From Octopus bimaculoides (Eukaryota): a stretch of 64,000 nt of DNA. The position numbers were made by a program, and so were the translations under genes. Shown piece after piece: positions 1 to 30,498 of this stretch (position 1 is its first letter; each line of letters opens with the position of its first letter). The notes below the pieces were generated by a model. That model did not search any database. It was not told where the DNA came from and worked only from the letters and a program-made list of their open reading frames with translations. The stretch covers positions 17,306,913 to 17,370,912 of the forward strand of contig NC_069008.1 of assembly GCF_001194135.2 (NCBI RefSeq), given 5' to 3'.

Positions 1-422
1 TTTAACCAAACAAGGAATCTGAAAGGAGGCATCATGTGCCTCTTGCCCCCTGCTCCCCCTCCTCCACCAAGACTTTTGTCAGCCAATCCTGTCCTGATCA
101 AGGGCTATGGCGGGGCCCTATGCCCAACCCAGGACAACCATCTCCAACCCAGAAGTGCCCTATGAAATGCAAACTGATCCCTAAATACAGACTTGACTGT
201 GGGTATGCGTTGAAATCTAGATAAAATAGGGGTCAGAAAAAGGAGTGGAAGGTAGGAAGAAGACAAAAAGAGAAAAAGAAAAAAAGGAAAGAAATTGGAA
301 AAATATTTACAGATATGGATATATTTAGTATATAGTAGGGCTGGGGGGGGATTGAGGGGGGAGAAATGGGAGTAAGGAGAGAGGAAGAGAGAGAGAGAGA
401 CAAGAGAGGGAAAGAGGAGCAA

Positions 423-461
<39 letters not shown>

Positions 462-547
462 CAGTGAGGGGAAGGAGAGAGATGCGCAGGTGCTAACTAA
501 AGAGGGCTTAACGAGCCAGATTAATAACAATTAAAATGGAAGAGATT

Positions 548-19605
<19,058 letters not shown>

Positions 19606-19694
19606 GATTATTTCCCCAAAACCCGAAAATCCAATCCTACAAAGCTGTCCTGTCTCTGTTGACCTTTACTCCAAGGTAGACGTGAACAACCACA

Positions 19695-19727
19695 GGAAGA
19701 CAACACTGCAATCACGTCGTATTTATA
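19695..19727 (-). promoter_or_regulatory. Possible AMPKalpha core promoter (TATAAATA at 19727-19720; pyrimidine-rich start near 19697)
   Basis: Motif and spacing only, about 120 nt upstream of the ATG; no transcript data. Confidence 0.3.
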
Positions 19728-22146
19728 CTCACTAGTATGGTAGCACAGAACAGACAGAAAAACCTATTTCGTTTCAGCCCGGTTTTCGATCTGACCTGAT
19801 GGGATGGAATCAGATTGTATGAAATCTAAACCGATATTTAAATTACTTTAAACGAAATAACAACAGTATTATTTTAGTTAATTAATTAATTAATTAATTA
19901 GTAAACGCTTTAAAACGTGTACAGTCTAACAATTATCTGTTACTTATAGTAATTTACTAATACGGTGGCCCAGAAAGACAGAAAAATTAGTTCGTCTCGG
20001 ACTAATAACTCGACTTCGTGTTAGGCTATGATGTAAGAGATGGGCCGTTGAGCGAATCAGTATTTCTGACCACGATAAGCAAAAACTATGGGATAGAATT
20101 TCACAATGGCCATATTTACGTCCTCTGTGGTCAATAAATTAATATAGCTCTGTCAGGCTGAAATGACGAACATATAATATATATATTACACATGATATAA
20201 AACTTTGACATCAAGAAAATAATACACAGGAATATTGAATGACGTGAATGAGAGCAGAAGTGTGAAATGTCGTCAAGACGAAGATAAAAACACCGTTCTG
20301 TAAGTTTGGTGACAAGTTTTACGCACACACACGTACACACGCACGCACACGCTCATACGCACTCTCACACACACATATTCGCACTCACACACACATGCTC
20401 ACACTCACTCTCTCTCTCTCACAAACACATTCACACGCTCACAAACACCTTCTCACACTGTCACACACACACACACACACACACATGCTCGCACTTCCTC
20501 ACTCACATACACACATGCTCGCACACACACACACACACACCNNNNNNNNNNNNNTCACACACACACACACACACACACATGCTCGCACTTCCTCACTCAC
20601 ATACACACATGCTCGCACACACACACACACACACCCTAGTATATTTCTGCTTCTGGCATAGAACCGACGAACACGTTACCATTCCAGTATACTAAGCTCA
20701 GTCTGAGAAGAGACGCAACTGATGCTGCTCAAATTCTCTTTTAGATTGTTTCTTTTTTTTTTTACTCCGATTTATGGGCAACTATACTCTTTTCACTCAT
20801 TAGGTTGCGGCCATGCTGGAGCACCACCTTTAGTCGAACAAATCGACCCCGAGACTTATTCTTTGTAAGCCTAGTACTTATTCTATCGGTCTCTTTTTGC
20901 AGAACCGCTAAGTTACGGGGACGCAAACACACCAGCATCGGTTGTCAAGCNNNNNNNNNNNNNNNNNNNNNNNNNNNNNATACAGACACACAAACATATA
21001 CACACACATACATATATATATACATACATATACACGACGGGCTTTTTTCAGTTTCCGTTTATCAAATCCACTCACAAGGCTTTGGTCGGCCCGAGGCTAT
21101 AGTAGAAGACACTTGCCTAACGTGCCACACAGTGGGACTGAACCCGGAACCATGCAGTTGGGAAGCAAGCTACTTACCACGAAGCCACACCTGTGCCTGT
21201 ATTATATTTTCTCTTGATCAAGTCAGTCTCTTGTCACTCATGTTTCACCTCTATGCTTGCGAAGTCAACAGGAATGGACCAGAACTTTCTTGATGACCTT
21301 GTGAACATACAGACGAAACTTGAGACTAGCCAGACAGTGACTCGCCCAAAATGATGATGACATACATACACACACACACAGGCATGCACACACACACAGA
21401 TACGGTGATCTGAACTCTCTGCTTACAACAGGCATGTTGTACACTACATCTTTGCAGTGGATGTCTTCAATGCCCATATTTGGCCTTCTAAACTGGTCAC
21501 TACAAGAAACTCAAAGAAAAAGACATATGAACTAGCAAACTGTTTAGTGTTATAGGAAACTTCAGAGCATGATTCTGTGGTAAGAAGCTTGCTTTCCCAA
21601 CCACATGGTTCGGGGTTCAGTCCCACTGTTTGACACCTTGGGCAAGTGTCTTCTACTATTGCCTCAGGCTGACCGAATCCATAAGAGTTGATTTGATAGA
21701 TGGAAACTGAAAGAAGCCCATCATATATATTTCTTTATTGCCCATAAGCTGCGAAACCTAGAGGAAACAAACAAGGACAGACAAAGGGATTAAGTTGATT
21801 ACATCGACTCCAGTGCACAACTGGTACTTATTTAATCAATTCCAAAATGGATGAAAGGCAATGTCAACCTCGGTGGAATTTGAACTCAGAACATAGTGGC
21901 AGACGAAATACCGCTAAGCGTTTCGCCCATCGTGCTAACGTTTCTGCCAGCTCACCGCCTTGTTATATCATATATCATAGGTAAGCAAGCTACCCTGGAA
22001 GTGGAATCAGTGTGTGTGTTAGATAGTATGACCCTCCCAACAGACATAATAACGTAGCAAATACATTTCCTTAAATGCTCAAGAGAATACATAGAACTGT
22101 CATCATTTAACATCTGTTTTTCCATGCTGGCATGGGTTGGATGGTA

Positions 22147-22525
22147 GAGGTGCAATGGCCCAGTGGTTAGGGCAGCGGACTCGCGGTTTCGATTCCCAGA
22201 CCGGGCGTTGTGAGTGTTTATTGAGCGAAAACACGTAAAAGCTCCACGAGGCTCCGGCAGGGGGATGGTGGCGAACCCTGCTGTACTCTTCCACCACAAC
22301 TTTCTCTCACTCTTTCTCCTTGTTTCTGCTGTGCCTGTAATTCAAAGGGTCAGCCTTGTCACACTGTGTCACGCTGAATATCCCCCCGAGAACTATGTTA
22401 AGGGTACACGTGTCTGTGGAGTGCTCAGCCACTTGCACGTTAATTTCACGAGCAGGCTGTTCCGTTGATCGGATCAACTGGAACCCTCGACGTCGTAAGC
22501 GACGGAGTGCCAACAACAACAACAA
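22147..22525 (+). mobile_element. tRNA-derived SINE family D, full copy (others: 38786-39054 +, 51987-52277 -)
   Basis: A-box TGGCCCAGTGG, B-box GTTTCGATTCC, (CAA)n tail; the three copies are highly similar, suggesting a young family. Confidence 0.88.
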
Positions 22526-22594
22526 TTAAGCGATCCATACATATTGTTTCCCTTCGATGCATCCATACTTTGATGAACCATACAAATAAACAAC

Positions 22595-22640
22595 TGCTAA
22601 ACCGGAAACTCTCTTTCCGCCATAATCACTGTTTCGTACG
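22595..22640 (+). promoter_or_regulatory. Possible ARMC7 core promoter or first UTR exon (ETS-like CCGGAA 22602-22607; YY1/E2F-like TTTCCGCCAT 22614-22623)
   Basis: CpG-containing motif cluster about 140 nt upstream of the acceptor at 22761; candidate donor gtacgc at 22636. Motif evidence only. Confidence 0.35.
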
Positions 22641-22768
22641 CATGTATTCGTCAGGACTTCCTCCACTTTCTCTTTCCTTCCCTCCGCCTGTCTTACTCTC
22701 TGATTTTATTTCTTTAGCCACCGTTTCTTCAGTCTGTCTTTCTCTCTCTAATTTATTTCAGGCCCGCG

Positions 22769-22877
22769 ATGTTTAGTTCGGAGGAATATTTGAGGAAGAA
22801 AACTGGTGAATATGGCATCGGTCGTCTCAGTTACCTCCAGTCGTTGGTGACAGAGTTTGAAGAGACAACATCCGATG
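22769..22877 (+). CDS. ARMC7: ARMC7 coding exon 1 [36 protein letters not shown]
   Basis: ATG at 22769 just after acceptor tttatttcag (22761), implying an upstream UTR exon; donor gtaaac at 22878. Confidence 0.93.
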
Positions 22878-25018
22878 GTAAACAATGCACAAACACTAAC
22901 GCATTACACACAAACATTAACGCAGTACACGCTCGGACACACATACACATACATGAACGCATTACCCCCACACACAAACATATACACAAACATTAACGCA
23001 TTACACACACACACAAACACAGTCGGAGGTAAAGAATACGCACACCGCCGGGTTTTCGGCGTAACATAAGCCCTAAGTTGAACCCTGACCCTAACCACCG
23101 GGTGTACGGATTCTTTGCCTTGGCCCAAGCGCATACACAAACATTAACGCACTACACACACACACTGGAGCAATAATGTTGACTACATATTTACGTATGT
23201 GTTTCCCTGTGTGTTACACTCTGGGTGTGTATTTGTATGTGTTATAAATTTCACCGCCCAACGGGTTAGAAACAGCAGTCAAATACGCAAAGGGCATAAC
23301 TACAGTTTGGGACCCTTAAAATCCTTAAAATGCAATGAGTCATGCCTGAAATATCTCTTTTCAGATGCTAAGAAAGAAATTCTTGCCAACCTGGCTAATT
23401 TTGGCTACGACCCCCTAAACTATGGCTTCTTTCGCCAACTCAATATCCTGGATTTGTTTCTTGGTAAGTAGAAATGTCTTTGTATTCTAAACTTTTTCTT
23501 GAACCCCTTCCATATTCTACCATTTATCCACAGATAAACCGTAATTTTCCTGATAACAACCTTGTCTTTTGGAATCATCCTGGTTCTGTGATGTTGCTAA
23601 ACTTTTTCACATTGTTATCATATTTCTGTTGAAACGCTCCAATGTTGTTTCAATTAGTTCCAAAAATAATGAAGAATTAAGTAAAAATAACTTCCATAAT
23701 TAATTTTGTGTTTGGGACACTCCTGTAATCTATAGTGTCGTTGCCACCACCACCACCACCACCGTCAACATTATCATCATTTTAACATTCACTTTACCAT
23801 GGTTGCATCATCATCATCATCGTCATCGTCGTCATCATCATTTTCATCATTGCTGTTCTCGTTATCACTGTCATCATCACCATCATTTTCACTGTCGTTC
23901 TTGTCATCACCATCGTCGTCATATATATGTGCACAACATCATCATCATCATCATACGTCCGCTTTCCATGCTGGCATGGGTTGGACGGTTTGACCGAAGA
24001 CTGGTGAAACCAGATGGCTGCACCAGGCTCCAATCTGATCTGGCAGAGTTTCTACAGCTGGGTGCCCTTCCTAACACCAACCACTCCGAGAGTGTAGTGG
24101 GTGCTTTTTACATGCCACTGCCACAGGAGCCAGTCAGGTGGCACTGGCATCAACCACGTTTGGGTGGTGCTTTTTATGTGCCACCATGGCTGTGTAGTTG
24201 ACTTTATTTCTCAGCCGTAAGATTATGAGGATTATGGTGGTGGTGATGATGATGATGATGGTAGTGCTGGTGGTGGTGATGTCCATAAGGATAACGGTGA
24301 TGATGATGATGATGATGACTGTTATTGCTATTGACAACGATGCTGCTGCTGGTGAAGTTCTCATTTTGTTAAATGTTTAACGACACAGTTGTGTTTGTTG
24401 TTGTTGTTGTTGCAGATTCTTTAGAAGACAACGATGAGAAAATGGTAGAATTTGCCATAGCAGGTTTATGCAATTGCTGTTTAGGTAAGGCGTCTTATTC
24501 AAGTAGTTCTTGCTTTCATTCCGATGCACATTACAGTCGGACTGGCCATGCTGGAGTACTACTGCCTAGGCTTTTAGTCACTCATATTGATCTCGAGAGT
24601 TACCGTATTTTAACGTGTATAAGGAACCCTTTTTTTGCCAAAAATTAGGTTAAGAAAATATGGGAGTGTCTTATACATGGATAGTATTATAATCCCTTAC
24701 AAAAGGGGTTATAATACTAATGCCAACCACTTTATAGAGAGACTAGATGCCTTTAGCATGGCACAAGAATGGGTGTTCTGGAACCTGTAATTATTGGGGC
24801 ACTGGGATATGGTAACACATTGCCTAAATACCAATCTTGAGAAATTAGGCTTCCCAAATCCAAAAAGGAGAAAGCTAATTCAAAGACTACAGATCCAATC
24901 CATCCCTGTAAAACTTTCCAGAAGTTTATCATTTAAATATATATATGAGCATGTCTGGATATGTAGCTATATGCATGAGAATACATACATAAAACAAAAC
25001 ATGCTAATCTGCACATAT

Positions 25019-25057
<39 letters not shown>

Positions 25058-26179
25058 CACACCTTGTTGTTGATTGTTGAAATTCAAATCAAGGAGCCTT
25101 GGATCTGGGTTAGAAACCGGTTCTTTCTCTGTTGGCAAGAAATCTTGAAATAAAATTGAACAAACGTATGTACACACATATGTATATTTATATCCGCATG
25201 TATGTTAAACCTTTGTAGGCTGTGCTACAGCATGGCCACAGTTCAGTGAACACAACAACTAAAAGAAAAAAAAAAGACCTATTCCCAATCACAATAACAA
25301 TCATAATCTTTCTTCCTCCCTAATGGATCTTTCACGTTCCTGGTCTGAATTCCTGCAGAATTTACCATTGCAGGGGAGATAATCAGAATTTGCCTTTATA
25401 AGGGAGATAATTAGACTAAGTCGAGGAATTCGCACCTTAGAGTAAACGGCCCAGGCATCTATCTAATTTGTTTAATTTCTACTTAGATATAAATTTCTTT
25501 AACCCTTTAGCATCCAGATTATTCCATCAACTGTTAATTCTTATTTATTCACATTGCTTTGTATTAATCATGCTTTATCTCTCATAGCCTCAAGCTTTCA
25601 ATGATGAGATTGTTTATTTTTAGAATGACATTGTAAGGTAGATGTGAAAGGCCAGAACCGGTTGGTTTGAACATAAAACAGGTAGACTATTTGGAATGGG
25701 TATGGCCAGTTTAAACGCAGAAGGCTTCTAGTCGCTGGTAGCCAGGCATAGCGACATTTCGTTTTGTTCATGACAGGATTTTCTTATTGTTAAATAAAAT
25801 TTCATTAAACTATTTCTCTGCCATTTATGACTTTGTACATATATGTGTGTATGTATGTAGATATATATACATATGTAGATCATTGTCATCATGATATACA
25901 TATACATGTAGTTCAGATTTACAGAAAACAAAAGACGAAGACAGGTGTATAAACAACAAACAGGTGTATTAGTTTAACGCTCGGGAAGGTGAGGATGTCT
26001 TTTACGTTTCGAACCTACGCACTTCAACAGGAAGGAGCACGAACAAATAAACAGAGAGAGAATAAAAAAAAACTCTTGGNNNNNNNNNNNNNNNNNNNNN
26101 NNNNNNNNNNNNNNNNNNNNNNNNNNNNNNNNNNNNNNNNNNNNNNNNNNNNNNNNNNNNNNNNNNNNNNNNNNNNNNN

Positions 26180-26221
<42 letters not shown>

Positions 26222-28648
26222 GTGTATATCTCATTTCAGATGAGAAAAACAAGGAGTTTATTATCAAAAACGATGGTGTAAATATTGTGAAAAAGCACTG
26301 CCTCAGGTGAGTCATTAATCATTGTTCATATTATTCATATCAATCATCAGGTTTGTCTTCAGGTGCATCTCTGCATTCCTGAATGTGTGTGCAGCAGTGT
26401 CTTTTGTGTTGGTGCAGAATTGCATTTCAGAACCGGATGTCTGCTTTTGATTTTTATTTTTTGTGGAATATGGCAAAACACCTGTACGGCAAAATGCCTG
26501 TACAGCAAGACACCTGGACAGCATGACACTTGTACATCAAGACACCTGAACAGCAAAATGCCTGTACAGCAAGACACCTGGACAGCAAAACACCTGTACA
26601 TCAAGACACCTGGACAGCATGACATTTGTACATCAAGACACCTGGACAGCAAAACACCTGTGCTTGTCCCTCTATCATACTTTAGCCTCTCACCACCTGG
26701 GCACCTGGCATAAAGCCACCTCTCTCAGTACAGTATCCTGCATCCTCATTCGATCAAAGGTGGAAATATTGTCTCCTGAGATACTAGTCCTCTTTAAGTG
26801 GCACCAGTACTGACAGGGTCATCAAGTAACTTGCTCGACAAAGATCCTTTGAAAGGGGATGGGGCATTGGAGGAGGTGGTCTTGTGTCAGATGATGAAAG
26901 GTTAGAGTGTGACAGAGAGACAGAAATGGGTGTCTTGCTGTAGGGGAGGTACATGGTTACCCGACCAGAGAGAGAGAAAATTATATATTTCGAACGGGAA
27001 TTTGGCAGCGCCACCTCTAGCCGAACAATTGTTCTGTGCTGATGAAGGGAAATAACCCGAAAATTGCGATACACAGATATTGTTTTGAGCTGAGTGGGGG
27101 GTGCTAGATGCCCTTGTTTGAAAATATAAGGACACAGATCGTGTTGTATAGCCAGCTGGAGACGATGTCACCTGGGGCTAAATTACAGCAACATTCGTCC
27201 TTAACCAGGACTGCCATGTTATGTTGGCAAACAATCTTTACTCCAAAGTACTGTTGCTGAATATCTCTCGTTGTGAGATTTAAAACAAAAAATAGTAATT
27301 TTCAGAGAGAGAGTGATCAAGGAGGAGGTCATAAAAACAATTGATTGTGCATATTTATGTATTCGTTTAATTAACTCCTATCTTTCAGTGGTGCTAATGA
27401 AGAAACATTAATATCAGCCTTGACATGTCTGATGTTCCTCATCACCCCAGCTTCCAAAAAAGGTAAGAATATTTATTTCAGTTGCAACTCTTTACATTCT
27501 GAGTTCAAATCTCAGCTTTGTCTTTCATTGTCTATGGGTTGATGAAATAAGGTACCAGTCATGTACGAGGGTCAATATAATTGTCTAACCCTCTTCCCTC
27601 AAAAATTGCTGCCCTTGTGCCAAACTTTTAAACTATTATTACTTATTATTAGTATTATTGTTATTATTGAGTGAAAGAGCAGTGCATGCCATCAAAGTGA
27701 CACTAGGGTAAAATATACGAAGCCCAGTATACCCATCATGACGACCCGTCTGATAAGGGTACACCAGGCAAATGCATCACAACCATATGTGCGTAACATG
27801 GTGATCTCATATCAAGATAAACAGTGCATGACCTTGCAGGTGGGGCCCAGTTGGAATTTTCTTCAGGTCAAGTAGCCCATCCCACTCAAATGGTCCCTGA
27901 ATAAGAGTTGTTTAAAGATGTTGAATGAAACACCCGTATTTCCAGGGGCAAATTATTCAAACCCTAAAGAATTCCTCTCAACACATAGCTATGATGCTCC
28001 CCCACTACTTCTGCTCATGATCAAAGATGCACATATCGTCAGCCACCAAGGGACATGCTCAACTGGTTAAGGTCAAACAACTGACAAACAAATCTATGGT
28101 ATTGAGCAGAATATTTGCTGTGGACCATCTTTTATACCAAGACAAAAGAATGTACATGATAACACTTCCAATCAATTAAGATCAGAAGCCATGAGAGCCA
28201 CTGCCATTTTTCCCCTCTGGTTTCACCAGTCCTCAGTCAAATCGTCCAACCCATGCTAGCATGGAAAGCAGACATTAAACGATGATGATGATCATTCTGA
28301 TGATTAAGACCATGCTGGAGCACCACTTGTTGATAGTATGTTTATGGATGTCTTTCAAAAAAATGAACCACTAATTTTATTGAACCACTAATTTTTTGCC
28401 AGCTATTCTGACGGAGGAGTTCACAAAACGAATCCTAGACTGGTCTGGAAACTCTAACGCACGCATTAAAAACTTAGCTACCATATTCATCGAGGTAAAC
28501 AACCATTTTCTATCTTTCTACACTATTGTATATATGGCAAAATTTGAAACCATTATTATTATTATTTATTTTCTTCCTCCAGGATTATTTCAACAAAGAA
28601 GATAATAAGGTGAAATACGGAGATCAAGCTTCAGTCGCAGACCATTGA
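22769..28648 (+). CDS. ARMC7: Armadillo repeat-containing protein 7, whole spliced CDS span (7 exons, 576 nt, 191 aa)
   Basis: Joined protein carries [56 protein letters not shown] and [13 protein letters not shown], all matching the ARMC7 family. Exon lengths 109+99+69+67+74+92+66 are in frame. Confidence 0.95.
23027..23120. mobile_element. About 90-bp MITE-like element with 18-bp inverted ends and a telomere-like core; second copy about 41437-41520 in opposite orientation
   Basis: GTAAAGAATACGCACACC (identical in both copies) versus GGTGTACGGATTCTTTGC; core CCCTAA/TTAGGG plus GTTACGCCGAAA. Confidence 0.7.
23365..23463 (+). CDS. ARMC7: ARMC7 exon 2 (99 nt) (D)[32 protein letters not shown]
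   Basis: Acceptor ctcttttcag; donor gtaagt at 23464. Confidence 0.95.
24416..24484 (+). CDS. ARMC7: ARMC7 exon 3 (69 nt) (D)[22 protein letters not shown]
   Basis: Acceptor ttgttgcag; donor gtaagg at 24485. Confidence 0.94.
25503..25725. mobile_element. Second TTAA/CCC-ended MITE-like element
   Basis: Left end TTAA|CCCTTTAGCAT; degenerate right end GCAGAAGG; single copy in the window. Confidence 0.4.
26240..26306 (+). CDS. ARMC7: ARMC7 exon 4 (67 nt) (D)[21 protein letters not shown](S)
   Basis: Acceptor catttcag; donor gtgagt at 26307; phases 1 to 2. Confidence 0.88.
26468..26661. repeat. 16-bp minisatellite, about 12 copies, ARMC7 intron 4
   Basis: CA(G/T)CA(A/T)(G/A)ACAC(C/T)TG(G/T)A periodicity. 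Confidence 0.9.
27389..27462 (+). CDS. ARMC7: ARMC7 exon 5 (74 nt) [24 protein letters not shown]
   Basis: Acceptor tatctttcag; donor gtaaga at 27463. Confidence 0.93.
28403..28494 (+). CDS. ARMC7: ARMC7 exon 6 (92 nt) (A)[30 protein letters not shown]
   Basis: Acceptor ttttttgccag; donor gtaaac at 28495. Confidence 0.9.
28583..28648 (+). CDS. ARMC7: ARMC7 last coding exon [21 protein letters not shown]
   Basis: 88-nt intron; acceptor ttcttcctccag; IE|DY matches family LE|DF; TGA at 28646-28648. Confidence 0.8.
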   Translation, partial: DYFNKEDNKVKYGDQASVADH

Positions 28649-29607
28649 CAACGATGACGAAAGCTAGAAGCTCAGAAATTCTGGTGAGATGGAGCAGCTG
28701 AATATATCGACCGACCTACCCCAGTAGTTAACTGGTATTTTGATTTATCGGCACGTCACCTCCAGAAGGAAGAAAGGTAGAGTGTTGACCCCGACTTGAT
28801 TTGAACTCAAGAATGCACAGGAATCTGTTGCAAAATACTCCGGGTCAAGCACTGCTGCATTCAAGTGCAATTCGTTTGTGCAACAGCTCGAGCAAGTGCC
28901 TTCGTCTGTAGCCAGAGGCTGAGCAAAGTCTTATGAACAGATTTGAAAGGTGGAAACTAAAAGAAGATTTTCAAGTATATCTATATAGGCGCAAGCATTG
29001 CTGTATGGCAAGAAGGTTGGTTCCAGGTTCAGTCCCACTGCGTGGCACCTTGGGCAAGTGTCTTCTTCTATAGCCTCAGGCCGACCAAAGCTTTGTTAGT
29101 GGATTTGGTAGACGGAAACTGAAAGAAGCCCATGATATGTTTGTGTCTGTTTGTCCCCGCCCCACCATTGCTTGACAACCAATGTTGGTGTGTTTACTTA
29201 ACAGGTTTTTCAAATAGTTATTTATATTGACTGCGACCATGCTGGAACACCGCCTTTTGTTGAACAAATCGACCCCAGGTCTTATTCTTTGTAAACTTAG
29301 TACTTATTCTATCAGTCTCTTTTGCTGAACCGCTAAGTTACAGGGACGTAAACACACCAACATCAGTTGTCAAGCGATGGTGTGGAGACAAACACAGACA
29401 CACAAACATAGATACAATTGGCTTCTTCCAGTTTCTGTCTATAGTATAACCTGTCGTATGACAATGTATAATTTTGGCAGCTTCCTTTTGCCAACATGGC
29501 CAAACATCAAGAAATACAGCAGACAGTTACAAGTTTAACTTTTATCAAATTTCTTGGTGCTTCATACAAAATAATGAAATGAAAATTGATTTTCAAAACG
29601 AAAAATA

Positions 29608-29627
29608 TTTATTACTTTTAAAATAAA
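29608..29627. terminator. Opposed AATAAA hexamers: minus 29613-29608 (TANGO2) and plus 29622-29627 (ARMC7)
   Basis: Lies between the two convergent stop codons. The minus signal has two upstream TGTA and a U-rich downstream tract. The plus signal has a downstream T/GT-rich tract (about 29665-29690). Confidence 0.5.
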
Positions 29628-30368
29628 ATTACATAATACAAATTTCATTGACTCCTCCTCTGCGATTCTTTTTCACTGTGTGTGTGTGTAGTGGGAGAGG
29701 AATGTTCTTTTACTCATTGCCTGTCACCAAGCCTAGAGTGTGCACTTATCTGACACCTCTTATGTTAACCCTCTCTGTATCTCTCCCCCTCTCTCTATAC
29801 AATGTAAGTTGTGACTAGAGCAAGCAACCAACCAACAAATATTATATCAGCTATTATTATATACAGAGATAAGATATATATATATACATAACTAGGAAAA
29901 ACCATAATGTTGTCTGTGTGTCACTCAGACAGGCTACATAGCCAAATGTGATGGAAGTTTTCTTCATGCGAATAACAGATTTAACCAACCCAGAGGTGAA
30001 GATAGTTGACAAGGCTTAATGGCAATATAAGGGGTCGTAGGAAAGTTGGGGGTGGGTAGAAAATGAAGATGGTAGTGGTGGTGGTGGTGGTGCTATATAA
30101 GAAAAAAATCACCCAGACCACTCTGTAAAGTGGTTGGCATTAGGAAGGGCATCCAGCTGTAGAAAAAAAAAACCATGCCAAGGAGAGGGCCATGCAAACA
30201 ACCAACCTCTACCCCTTTTCAAAATTGCTGGCTTCCTTATGTCTAAACCAGAGACAACCATTATTATTATTATTATTATTCTGTTCTTTATCTATAAATT
30301 GTCTCGCTGTGCTTGTGTCTGCAAAACCTTAACTATTATTGTTGGTGTTGCTGCTGTGGAAGTCATTG

Positions 30369-30498
30369 CTATAAAGCAAGGCTGTAAGAGAAACTGGAAG
30401 CCTGCCATCTGTATTCCCCAGCCTTGATCGGAGTCTCTAGCGTTCTTTCGGTGATGTCTATTTTGCCGTCTCCATCAACCAGTAGCACAGTATGGGTC
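30369..30498 (-). CDS. TANGO2: TANGO2 last coding exon THTVLLVDGDGKIDITERTLETPIKAGEYRWQASSFSYSLAL*
   Basis: Acceptor ctctcttcag; TAG at 30371-30369. Confidence 0.93.

Noticed and set aside
20440-20640. Direct duplication flanking the 13-N gap
   Set aside because: Same sequence on both sides of the gap; probably unmerged contig overlap.
22147-22205. tRNA genes at SINE heads (also 40449, 9081, 63880)
   Set aside because: A and B boxes are present but continue into SINE bodies; no complete cloverleaf with acceptor stem.
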